A DNA stretch of 40,646 nt from a virus. The notes under the pieces were generated by a model that saw nothing but the letters and a program-made list of their open reading frames with translations, made no database searches and had not been told where the DNA came from. The stretch is from positions 1 to 40,646 of IMG/VR virus record IMGVR_UViG_3300001202_000005; one strand, given 5' to 3'. Made by a program: the position numbers and the translations under genes. Positions 33,386-40,646 of the stretch are shown here, one piece after another (the stretch's first letter is position 1; every line of letters begins with the position of its first letter).

Positions 33386-33627
33386 TATAATTCTCCTTTT
33401 GTAATCATTTTCTTAGCTGCTCTATATCTAGCCCTTAATTCGTCTTGATGAAATAAAGTAACTTTCGGAACCTCTACAATTTTTAATCTGGGCTCTTTTG
33501 CTTCTTTAGTAGCTTCAACATCTAATCTAAGCTTTTTCTCCATTGCTGCTAGAACTTGGTGATAAGATCTAGGTCCTACTTTATATCCGATTGCTCTTCT
33601 TAGTGCTCTTGCTTTTTTACCATTCAT
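33385..33627 (-). CDS. basic hypothetical protein (80 aa)
   Basis: AGGAGAATATAATG start. K/R-rich. Confidence 0.75.
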   Translation of the reverse strand: MNGKKARALRRAIGYKVGPRSYHQVLAAMEKKLRLDVEATKEAKEPRLKIVEVPKVTLFHQDELRARYRAAKKMITKGEL

Positions 33628-33689
33628 TATATTCTCCTATTGTATATTAATATTACTGCCACGATCAACAATAGTGTAATTGCGTTCAT
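33627..33689 (-). CDS. 20-aa hydrophobic mini-ORF (MNAITLLLIVAVILIYNRRI)
   Basis: It exactly fills the gap between two genes. Its ATG shares TAATG with the dNMP kinase stop, and its TAA shares TAATG with the next start. Confidence 0.4.
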   Translation of the reverse strand: MNAITLLLIVAVILIYNRRI

Positions 33690-34321
33690 TATAGCAACCC
33701 CTCCAATTCTTTGTTAAGTTCTTCTATAGATCCATTATTACATACTTTCCCAGATATGTCAAGTACTTTATTTTCAGAAATGTGATTATCTTCACTTTTT
33801 TCTGTTTCTCTAGTAATTTCAATAACTTCACCTTCATATTTTTTTACAATATCTACTTCGTTTGGAAATCTAACGTCTGTAATTACTACAGGAATATCTC
33901 TAACTAACCAACCTTGTATAATTATATCTGTTTTATCAGTCCAATAAGTATTACTAACGATGTTCCTAGCTATATCTGTTCCTACTACTTGTAGTATTTC
34001 TCTAGGTGTTTTATATTCTCTAAAAAGAACTTCTTTGATTGCTTCTCTTTTTACTTTCTTATGTAAATTATATTTATATTTTCCTAAATTATCTATAAGT
34101 CTAGATAATGTAGCTCCATTAGGTTTAAATGGTTCTGGAAATGGCTTATCTTTAAATTCTGCTTGTTCTAGAAACCGCATAGGGATTCCGAAACTTCGTG
34201 CTACAATCTCTTTTAAAGGTCTCGCAAACTTTACATGTGCATAACCCTTTTCTAAAAAGAATTCAGCTGCTGTATCTTTACCAACGCCTTTTTTTCCTGT
34301 AAATGCAATTACTTTACTCAT
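33689..34321 (-). CDS. deoxynucleoside monophosphate kinase-like P-loop protein
   Basis: The N-terminal P-loop IAFTGKKGVGKDT and 210-aa length are as in phage dNMP kinases. Confidence 0.6.
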   Translation of the reverse strand: MSKVIAFTGKKGVGKDTAAEFFLEKGYAHVKFARPLKEIVARSFGIPMRFLEQAEFKDKPFPEPFKPNGATLSRLIDNLGKYKYNLHKKVKREAIKEVLFREYKTPREILQVVGTDIARNIVSNTYWTDKTDIIIQGWLVRDIPVVITDVRFPNEVDIVKKYEGEVIEITRETEKSEDNHISENKVLDISGKVCNNGSIEELNKELEGLL

Positions 34322-34553
34322 ATCTATTTTTCTCCTTTATTTTAGATACATATTTATTTTTAATATATCCTTTTCTACTTAATCTATCTAATATAACGTC
34401 TACAGTCATGTCACTAATATGTAGTGATTCTTTGTATTCGCCCGAGCCTTTTATTGTTTCTATTTGTTTTGTATCTAGGAAGCCTTCACATATACATGTC
34501 TCTAGTGCTATACTTAAGTCTTCTACTAGATCATAATATCCTTTTTTACTCAT
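34314..34553 (-). CDS. hypothetical protein (79 aa), possible winged-helix
   Basis: GGAGAG SD. VILDRLSRKGYIKNK resembles a wHTH recognition region (weak). Confidence 0.7.
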   Translation of the reverse strand: MSKKGYYDLVEDLSIALETCICEGFLDTKQIETIKGSGEYKESLHISDMTVDVILDRLSRKGYIKNKYVSKIKEKNRYE

Positions 34554-35385
34554 TACTCTCTCCTTTATTTCTTCTATATACTGCTGATTCTGGTATAATT
34601 AATTCTTTAATAGGTTGTTCTCTTTGCCAAATACCTGTCTTTCTACCTTCTTTAATATATTCAATAGCGTCTAAATATTTACGTCTGCCATTTTCTATGA
34701 ATTGTTCAGAAGCTTTAAAAGTTCTACATTGACCGTTTTGTTTACTAATAAAATAAAAGTAGAAATCGTGTTTCTTTCCAGTTACCTTTTCTAGTACATC
34801 ACAATATAGGGCAGCCGAAAGATCGTATTTCCAGCCAATACAAGTATTAATACATTCATCTATAGATACACCTGAAGCTGTAGTTTTAACATCTCCAATA
34901 TTAGTTCCTTGTCTTAAATCGGTTCTAACTTTTACTTTAACTCCATTAATTTCTGTGCATACTGTTTCCTCAAAAACGGCTCCCTCTAAAAACTTAGGAG
35001 CATAAGGGTTAGCATGAAATTGTTGTTTCATAGAATCAGCTAAATCTTTTTGAGAAGGCATTATTACAATTTTATCTTTGTTAGCTTCACAGAAATCTGT
35101 ATATTTTTCACCTCTTCTTATTTTACCTCCTGTATAAAATGCAAATTCATCGTCAACAATATGTGGTTCCAAAATCATAGCATGTACTAGTGAACCAAAA
35201 TCAAATGCTTTTTGTTGATTAGGTTTTACAATCTTAGGTTCTTTTAATACGTAATGCTTATAGTAATATTCTGGATCGTATAATACATATTTTAATACAG
35301 AACTAGATACATATTCTCTATCTCCATGATATTCTTCATTTGTACATTGCTCATTTATACCTTCGTTTAATTTAAATTTACTCAT
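34546..35385 (-). CDS. PD-(D/E)xK exonuclease (RecE/DUF3799-like)
   Basis: The N-terminal EEYHGDREYVSSSVLKY and the RTDLRQGTNIGDVKTT (D...D-x-K) core are typical of phage RecB/RecE-type exonucleases. Confidence 0.7.
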   Translation of the reverse strand: MSKFKLNEGINEQCTNEEYHGDREYVSSSVLKYVLYDPEYYYKHYVLKEPKIVKPNQQKAFDFGSLVHAMILEPHIVDDEFAFYTGGKIRRGEKYTDFCEANKDKIVIMPSQKDLADSMKQQFHANPYAPKFLEGAVFEETVCTEINGVKVKVRTDLRQGTNIGDVKTTASGVSIDECINTCIGWKYDLSAALYCDVLEKVTGKKHDFYFYFISKQNGQCRTFKASEQFIENGRRKYLDAIEYIKEGRKTGIWQREQPIKELIIPESAVYRRNKGESNE

Positions 35386-35572
35386 TGTTTAACCCTTTAG
35401 TTATTTCTTCTATTGCTCTCTGTAATTCATATTCGTGAGTAAAATCTTGATGTGTTGTTATCAACATCCCATCCATTTTTTCTATAGTTATTACACCTAA
35501 TACAGACGCATCTATAGATCTTATATCTGCTTTCAGCATTACTATGCTACCTATTTTTATAAAATTATTCAT
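35378..35572 (-). CDS. hypothetical protein (64 aa)
   Basis: Overlap-coupled ORF. Confidence 0.7.
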   Translation of the reverse strand: MNNFIKIGSIVMLKADIRSIDASVLGVITIEKMDGMLITTHQDFTHEYELQRAIEEITKGLNNE

Positions 35573-35951
35573 CTAAAATCACCATTTCCTTTGCGTGTCT
35601 TAATAAGAAGTTATCTAAACCTCCGTTTTCTATTATTAAATATAAAGCCTCTTCTGTTAATCCTTTAATGTTTTCCAAATATTCGGTTGCATCTAGGGCA
35701 GCCAAAACTGCTCTAATCTTTTTAGCGTATGCTCCCCTTTCTTCGGGGAACATTGCTATTCTGACTAAAGACTCTCTGGTGAGATCTATTGCATCTCCAT
35801 TATCTAGGTTTTTTCTAACTTTAATGGCATATCCTTCTCTAATCATATGTCCTAATTTAACATATGAAGTGAACTCCATTTTTTTTGAAGGTATAGAGAG
35901 GGTTCCATCTGATAATAAAACCACCTCTATCCTGCTATCCTGCTCTAACAT
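35565..35951 (-). CDS. hypothetical protein (128 aa)
   Basis: Overlap-coupled ORF. No motif recognised. Confidence 0.7.
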   Translation of the reverse strand: MLEQDSRIEVVLLSDGTLSIPSKKMEFTSYVKLGHMIREGYAIKVRKNLDNGDAIDLTRESLVRIAMFPEERGAYAKKIRAVLAALDATEYLENIKGLTEEALYLIIENGGLDNFLLRHAKEMVILDE

Positions 35952-37194
35952 ATCTATATCCTTTCATTTGAGTGTTCTCCTCTCTATTATATACAAGGTC
36001 TTCAATAATTATACCATATTCTATCAGTTCTGTCAAGGCTCCCCATCGTTGTTTTTTATTATATTGTCTAAAATGATTCCTTAATTGTTCTTTAGTTACA
36101 AAATTCTTCTTTTCTATGTAGAATTTAATATTTGAATATATTCTGCTTTCTACATGACATAAATTTGTATCAACTATAGCTGTAAAAGATTTTAGATTCT
36201 TTGTAATAATTTTATCTGCGAAATCTATATCTGCTTTAACTATTGTAGGTATTCCGTGAGGATCTCTAGATACTGCGTGTAATAGAGTTAATTTACAAGT
36301 CATTTGAAACGCTCTTGCAAGTATTGGTGCCATAGGGTCGATTTCATCTAAATCCATTAACATACTTCTATATCTGTCAAACTCTTGTACTAAATAATCT
36401 TTTATATCCTCTGTTATTTCTGGGACAAACATTTTATGTTCTGCTTGATCAAACCTTTTAGTAATTATTCTAGACGTATCTAGTGATTCATCATAAGGAT
36501 TCTTACCTGCTAAAGCTATAAGTTCTTGTCTTATATGTTCTGGTAAAGAAGCTTTTTGAGGTATAGATCCTCTTACTCGGTCACTATAAAATAACATGCA
36601 CCTTCCTAATAATCCTTTATCAATAGCGTCCATATTTACAGATTGTTCAAATCCTCTAGGTGTAGTACTCATTAGTAAATTTACATAAGGTCTAATACAT
36701 GCTCCCTTTATTTTGGGTTGTCCATCTTTTCCAGATGCTAACATCCTTCCTGGGAAAAAAGAGTTTGAACTAGTATATAATTCACATAGGATATCCGCCA
36801 TTTTAGTAGCATAACTATTTCCTGAACTATTTACAGTTCCTAGAAATCCTGAAGCCTCATCAATAACATCTAATCTAACTGGTTTATGATTTAAGGAATC
36901 CATTAATGATGCATCTGATACATAATCCCCAGCCCCTAATAATTCTGTTAGTCCACAATCTAGTAATATTTCTTTAGCTATTTCTTGTGGTGCGTTTTTT
37001 CCAGATCCAGATTTTCCAATATTTAAAATATATAAATTCATACAGTTATCATATAATACATATTTTCTAGCGGCTATAGTAGATAGTACTGACATTGCAG
37101 CAGATAGTGCTAAATCAGGTTGCGGAACCCAAGAATTAGTCAATATGTGTTGCTGAATTTCGTATAGTAATCCATCTTTTTTATTCAAAATCAT
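35935..37194 (-). CDS. P-loop NTPase, putative replicative helicase partner of the primase
   Basis: Walker A GKSGSGKN and Walker B RLDVIDEASG. Directly downstream of, and overlapping, the prim-pol gene. Confidence 0.65.
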   Translation of the reverse strand: MILNKKDGLLYEIQQHILTNSWVPQPDLALSAAMSVLSTIAARKYVLYDNCMNLYILNIGKSGSGKNAPQEIAKEILLDCGLTELLGAGDYVSDASLMDSLNHKPVRLDVIDEASGFLGTVNSSGNSYATKMADILCELYTSSNSFFPGRMLASGKDGQPKIKGACIRPYVNLLMSTTPRGFEQSVNMDAIDKGLLGRCMLFYSDRVRGSIPQKASLPEHIRQELIALAGKNPYDESLDTSRIITKRFDQAEHKMFVPEITEDIKDYLVQEFDRYRSMLMDLDEIDPMAPILARAFQMTCKLTLLHAVSRDPHGIPTIVKADIDFADKIITKNLKSFTAIVDTNLCHVESRIYSNIKFYIEKKNFVTKEQLRNHFRQYNKKQRWGALTELIEYGIIIEDLVYNREENTQMKGYRYVRAG

Positions 37195-38182
37195 AAGATA
37201 TCCTCGCTTTTTTTACTTTTTTAATTGATCCGCTTTTAACTTTTTTATATTGTAATCCCAGTTCATAAAGATCATGTTCTTCTTGACTACAAAAACTGCC
37301 ATTATTTAAAGTTATATACATTTTATTATCTTTAAATCTTCTACCTTGCACATAATCTAGCATTTTTACTAGAAACTTCATAGCGTTCGTTCTAACGTGT
37401 GTATGACAATGTCCTTGCTCATGTGTGTCTTTGAATAAAGGATTGCTTTCATGTTCTTTTAGGTCGTAATTAATAAGATCCTCTACTGCTTGTCCGATAG
37501 ATAAATTTTCTTTATCCATTCTTTCTATTAAAGTAAATGCTAGTTTTTTTAGATCATTAGTCCTTCCTGTAACAAGTGTGAAGTTCCCGCCTGTTTTATT
37601 TTTAGTAATTTCGGGCTCCTTGAAGTGGTCCGGAAATTCGCTCCTTAATCTCATCTCCATATTCGCAATTAACATTGGAGGTAATATAGGTAGTTCTTCT
37701 CTTTCTACATCTAGTAATCCTTTATCTTTCCATACATATTCCATACCTGCGGGGTGTATTGAAGGTGGTATAGTTACCTTAGCTCGTTTAGCTAGTACTT
37801 CAAATATTACTTGTTTATTGCCGTCTTTAACTACATAATTACATATTCCTGGGTACTTTCTATAAAATCTTACGAACCCCTTTGAACCAATTCTTTCAAC
37901 AGGTGATTGTGGTAATGCTTTTTCTAGAAACTTTAATAGCTCTTGATCTGTAGTATCTACATCTATAACACATAAATCATTATATTCTGTGAAGATTGTA
38001 CTAATATTAGTTTTAGGGTGTTTTTGAAACCAACTAAGTAAATCATCTTTGCTTGCTGGTCTGTCATAAAATGTACTCCATCCACTGGACCCGGCTGGAA
38101 ATCTCTTAGTCATAAATCCATCTGGTAATACATCAATACCTTTATGGAAATAATTTAATGCTTCTTTTTTGAAAATGTTCAT
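37181..38182 (-). CDS. bifunctional primase-polymerase (prim-pol/AEP) domain protein
   Basis: CVIDVDT (DxD) and TIPPSIHPAGMEYVW (sxH...Y.W) are the AEP prim-pol signatures. GGAGAG SD. Confidence 0.75.
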   Translation of the reverse strand: MNIFKKEALNYFHKGIDVLPDGFMTKRFPAGSSGWSTFYDRPASKDDLLSWFQKHPKTNISTIFTEYNDLCVIDVDTTDQELLKFLEKALPQSPVERIGSKGFVRFYRKYPGICNYVVKDGNKQVIFEVLAKRAKVTIPPSIHPAGMEYVWKDKGLLDVEREELPILPPMLIANMEMRLRSEFPDHFKEPEITKNKTGGNFTLVTGRTNDLKKLAFTLIERMDKENLSIGQAVEDLINYDLKEHESNPLFKDTHEQGHCHTHVRTNAMKFLVKMLDYVQGRRFKDNKMYITLNNGSFCSQEEHDLYELGLQYKKVKSGSIKKVKKARISYDFE

Positions 38183-38379
38183 TACTTACTCTCCTTTTCT
38201 TTTAGTTCTAACCACTTCGGGTCTATTTCTAATACTCTATTTATAAACATTTCTATCATTCCGCAACTAGCATGTAACTTAAATAAATCTCCTCCCCTAT
38301 TAGAGTTAATAGATATAAGCTCTGTATGTAAATCTATATAAGAATGTAATTGTTCTAAATTCATTTCATTTATTTTCAT
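38182..38379 (-). CDS. hypothetical protein (65 aa)
   Basis: GGAGGACTAATG start. TAATG-coupled on both sides. Confidence 0.75.
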   Translation of the reverse strand: MKINEMNLEQLHSYIDLHTELISINSNRGGDLFKLHASCGMIEMFINRVLEIDPKWLELKEKESK

Positions 38380-38552
38380 TAGTCCTCCTTTTTAGTTAAA
38401 TAATCAATTGCGTTGTCAACAACATTAGGCATATATAAAGTTATATGATTTACTAGTTCAAAAATAAAGTTTTCGTCTGCATCATGGTGTGCGATAAGCT
38501 TATTTAGAACGCTGTCTTCGAATTCTTCTTGGTGTGTTGTTTTATCTCTCAT
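38379..38552 (-). CDS. hypothetical protein (57 aa, below the track cutoff)
   Basis: GGAGGAAAGTAATG start at 38552. Translation: MRDKTTHQEEFEDSVLNKLIAHHDADENFIFELVNHITLYMPNVVDNAIDYLTKKED. TAATG-coupled at both ends. Confidence 0.65.
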   Translation of the reverse strand: MRDKTTHQEEFEDSVLNKLIAHHDADENFIFELVNHITLYMPNVVDNAIDYLTKKED

Positions 38553-38677
38553 TACTTTCCTCCGTTTTTGACGTAATACTTAATAAATTCTTTTTTTGCT
38601 TTTTTGTAATTTTCTTTAGTAAATGTGTCTTTAATTGCTGTTCTTTTAAATGCTATGTAAGCTTCTAAATATATCAT
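38552..38677 (-). CDS. hypothetical basic protein (41 aa, below the track cutoff)
   Basis: GGAGGATTATAATG start at 38677. Translation: MIYLEAYIAFKRTAIKDTFTKENYKKAKKEFIKYYVKNGGK. TAATG-coupled at both ends. Confidence 0.55.
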   Translation of the reverse strand: MIYLEAYIAFKRTAIKDTFTKENYKKAKKEFIKYYVKNGGK

Positions 38678-39150
38678 TATAATCCTCCTACGAAATTATT
38701 TAATTCAGTATAATAGAATTCTCTGTCTTTGTCAAGACATTTCTCAACTTGTAATTCAGACCACAGGTGAGGTCGCATTATAGAGGCAGGGCACAATACA
38801 TCCTTATCTGCATTTTGATGAAGTTCCCTGTCTTCGTTATGCCTTACATCATAAAAACAATGAACCATTTCGTGCATTATTAAAATTTCTTTTTGTCCTG
38901 CCCCTAAAATATCCCACTTTTTATCATTAATAACAATTAAATTCTTTTTAACATTACATGTTCCTAGTACTTTATCTGGTAATTCACCGAAAATAACGTC
39001 TCCTTTAAAACTTATATCTAATTCATTTTCTACAAATTCTACATAAGATAGTAATTCTGAGTCAATAATTTGGCTTCCTCTGAAAATCGTGTTACACGAA
39101 AATAATAATGATATTGTTAGTAAAGGTAATAATTTCAATAGGTTATACAT
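38677..39150 (-). CDS. predicted lipoprotein with HExxH Zn-metallopeptidase motif (157 aa from ATG 39150)
   Basis: AAAGGAGAAAATATG start. Signal peptide with a lipobox-like LLFSC. Motif ILIMHEMVHCFYDVRH. First gene after the leftward promoter. Confidence 0.65.
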   Translation of the reverse strand: MYNLLKLLPLLTISLLFSCNTIFRGSQIIDSELLSYVEFVENELDISFKGDVIFGELPDKVLGTCNVKKNLIVINDKKWDILGAGQKEILIMHEMVHCFYDVRHNEDRELHQNADKDVLCPASIMRPHLWSELQVEKCLDKDREFYYTELNNFVGGL

Positions 39151-39172
39151 ATTTTCTCCTTTTGTATAGTTA

Positions 39173-39201
39173 ATATTATCATCTTTTTTAATAAAAATCA
39201 A
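39173..39201 (-). promoter_or_regulatory. leftward promoter TTGATT-17 nt-TAATAT with TG extension
   Basis: The minus strand reads TTGATT (39201..39196), then a 17-nt spacer ending in TGA, then TAATAT (39178..39173). It lies about 25 nt upstream of the lipoprotein start. Confidence 0.45.
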
Positions 39202-39205
39202 GTGC

Positions 39206-39238
39206 TTTTACATGTTTTTTGGATTTTTACACGTTTTT
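39206..39238. repeat. tandem repeat TTTTACATGTTTTT / TTTTACACGTTTTT
   Basis: Copies at 39206-39220 and 39224-39238, each with a near-palindromic ACAYGT core. They abut the -35 of the leftward promoter. Confidence 0.6.
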
Positions 39239-39332
39239 ATTTTGGGCGGCAATACCTACAAATTCTCTACACTAAAAAACTAAACTAACTAGTTAATATT
39301 ACTAGGATATATAACATTTCTTAAAATAGTTC

Positions 39333-39360
39333 TTGACATATACTGTATATATGATATACT
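39333..39360 (+). promoter_or_regulatory. near-consensus sigma70 promoter TTGACA-16 nt-TATACT with TGn extension
   Basis: TTGACA at 39333-39338, TG at 39352-39353 and TATACT at 39355-39360. About 125 nt upstream of the RusA-like ORF. Confidence 0.6.
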
Positions 39361-39485
39361 CTATATCAGTAGCTACTTACGTAGCACTTCAGTTGTTCCT
39401 TATTTAGTTATTTTTATTTAGGGTTCCATCAATAGTACCATATATACGTAACCGTGTAATTTTTTTTTGACCAGGGAACCAAAAA

Positions 39486-40058
39486 ATGTTAGATCTTCTT
39501 TTAAAATTTAAATCCAGACCATTTTCCATTAATAAAGCCAATTATAGAAACGGCTCTCGAACTAGAGAGAATAGGGCATGGGCGGACTCCATACATACCC
39601 AAATGACGGAACCCGAAATTATGGATCAGATTATTAAGTTTAAAAAGAATATACCAAAATATCCTTTATTCCATGTAACAATATTTCATTTGCATCCTAG
39701 TTTTAAATTTTATACTGCTAGTCAAGACGTTCATTTACAAACTATGGATTTAACTAATATTGAGAAAGGCTTAGTTGATTTAATATTCGATAAGAGATAT
39801 TGTGGTCGGTTCACAAAATCGGGCGACCGAATTGAAACCCTGGAAAATAATGACAAGCGTATAATTGGTTTAGAGTCTTATAAAGGAATTAGTGAAAATC
39901 AGGAAAACGAGATAGTAGTTTATATTCAGTTGGTCCCAGATCTATCTCTAGTTCGGGACCGCCTAAATTCTGTCCATATGAAGCGAGATTACAATTCTAA
40001 TCTACTTTCTCCTCTCGGGTCACCTCAAGGGTCAGACCATGAACCGAAGCCCGAATAG
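39486..40058 (+). CDS. rusA: RusA-like Holliday junction resolvase
   Basis: [23 protein letters not shown] aligns by eye to E. coli RusA [39 protein letters not shown] aligns to [26 protein letters not shown] aligns to LDDAQVVDYRVVK. Confidence 0.65.
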   Translation: [190 protein letters not shown]

Positions 40059-40200
40059 AGGCTGATACGAACGATTCTTCATTAAGGTCTGTAGAAATAA
40101 CTTCAATATAGCCTTCTTTAATAATTACATTAGTTTTATCATCAAAGTCAATTGAATTTTGTATTCTGTAAATTGCTTCTGCTAGTTGTCTTACATTCAT
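39997..40200 (-). CDS. hypothetical protein (67 aa), last gene of the leftward early operon
   Basis: ATGA-coupled to the upstream ORF. Its 3' end overlaps the convergent RusA ORF by about 60 nt. Confidence 0.65.
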   Translation of the reverse strand: MNVRQLAEAIYRIQNSIDFDDKTNVIIKEGYIEVISTDLNEESFVSASIRASVHGLTLEVTREEKVD

Positions 40201-40352
40201 TTTAATTCCTTTAGTTGTTCAATAGTTATTATACTGATAGTTTTTTCCAATAGCAATCTAAACTGGTTATGATCAAGTTTAATTCCCTCTTTTACCAAAT
40301 TATCCATTAACCATAAAGATACCTTCTCAGTTTCCTCTAGACTTAGTTTCAT
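40197..40352 (-). CDS. hypothetical protein (51 aa, below the track cutoff)
   Basis: Translation: MKLSLEETEKVSLWLMDNLVKEGIKLDHNQFRLLLEKTISIITIEQLKELK. ATGA-coupled at both ends. It fills the 40200..40349 gap. Confidence 0.6.
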   Translation of the reverse strand: MKLSLEETEKVSLWLMDNLVKEGIKLDHNQFRLLLEKTISIITIEQLKELK

Positions 40353-40549
40353 TTATTACTCCTTTCATATTCTCCATAAATACGCTCTAATACTTTATCT
40401 CTTGATTCACATAGTCTTCTATTAGTAAAACATAAAGACTCTCGTTTATTGACATTTTCGCTTTTATCTGCATATTTCATACATGCTTCGAAATAGTCTT
40501 GACAATCTGCCATTACATTTAAACTAATCATTAAAATTAAATACTTCAT
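40349..40549 (-). CDS. small secreted Cys-containing protein (66 aa)
   Basis: GGAGGAATATAATG start. N-terminal signal-like MKYLILMISLNVMA and four Cys residues. Confidence 0.7.
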   Translation of the reverse strand: MKYLILMISLNVMADCQDYFEACMKYADKSENVNKRESLCFTNRRLCESRDKVLERIYGEYERSNK

Positions 40550-40646
40550 TATATTCCTCCAATACTGAAATAAGTTCCAGTCCTAATAATACTACATCAT
40601 TTCCATAGTCATTGCAAGCTCTAGTAAGCTTAATTTCAGTGAATAA
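40524..40646 (-). CDS. 3' part of the gene split across the contig ends (see 1..94)
   Basis: In frame with 94..1 through the 49-bp repeat. TAG at 40526..40524. Confidence 0.6.
   Translation of the reverse strand, partial: LFTEIKLTRACNDYGNDVVLLGLELISVLEEYNEVFNFND
40598..40646. repeat. 49-bp direct terminal repeat, right copy (identical to 1..49)
   Basis: Exact match read by eye. Confidence 0.95.

Overview
This window is essentially one complete, AT-rich tailed-phage genome of about 40.6 kb. The first 49 bp (1..49) recur exactly at 40598..40646. The contig therefore closes on itself (circular assembly or short terminal redundancy), and one small minus-strand gene is split across the ends.

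Layout:
(i) A gene-free control region of about 790 bp (1140..1932), dense in short phased repeats.
(ii) A 25-kb plus-strand late block (1933..27262). It encodes a small HExxH protein, an HTH/terS-like protein, a secreted trypsin-like protease, a PQ-loop/SemiSWEET-like membrane protein, terL, portal, scaffold and major capsid. These are followed by fibre-like proteins, a PLA2-motif protein, a nozzle-sized 764-aa protein, and Gly/Gln/Lys-rich internal (ejection-type) proteins with an embedded mini-GNAT. The block ends with more fibre proteins and a GTA-type 3TM holin.
(iii) A 12-kb minus-strand block (39150 down to 27400). It encodes a lipoprotein HExxH protease, prim-pol primase, P-loop helicase, PD-(D/E)xK exonuclease, dNMP kinase, an SSB-like protein, a family A DNA polymerase, a CYTH/TTM protein and an M15 endolysin.
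(iv) A lone plus-strand RusA-like resolvase with its own near-consensus promoter.
(v) A minus-strand run of tiny, often very acidic early proteins that crosses the contig ends (1139..1, then 40646..39997).

Gene order is podovirus/T7-supergroup-like, but I see no phage RNA polymerase, integrase, tRNA or CRISPR array. Genes are packed with TAATG/ATGA overlaps and strong GGAG-type SD sites. The host cannot be determined from sequence alone. The GTA-type holin and low GC hint weakly at an AT-rich alphaproteobacterium (SAR11-type pelagiphage); that is inference only. All motif matches were made by eye, with no database search.
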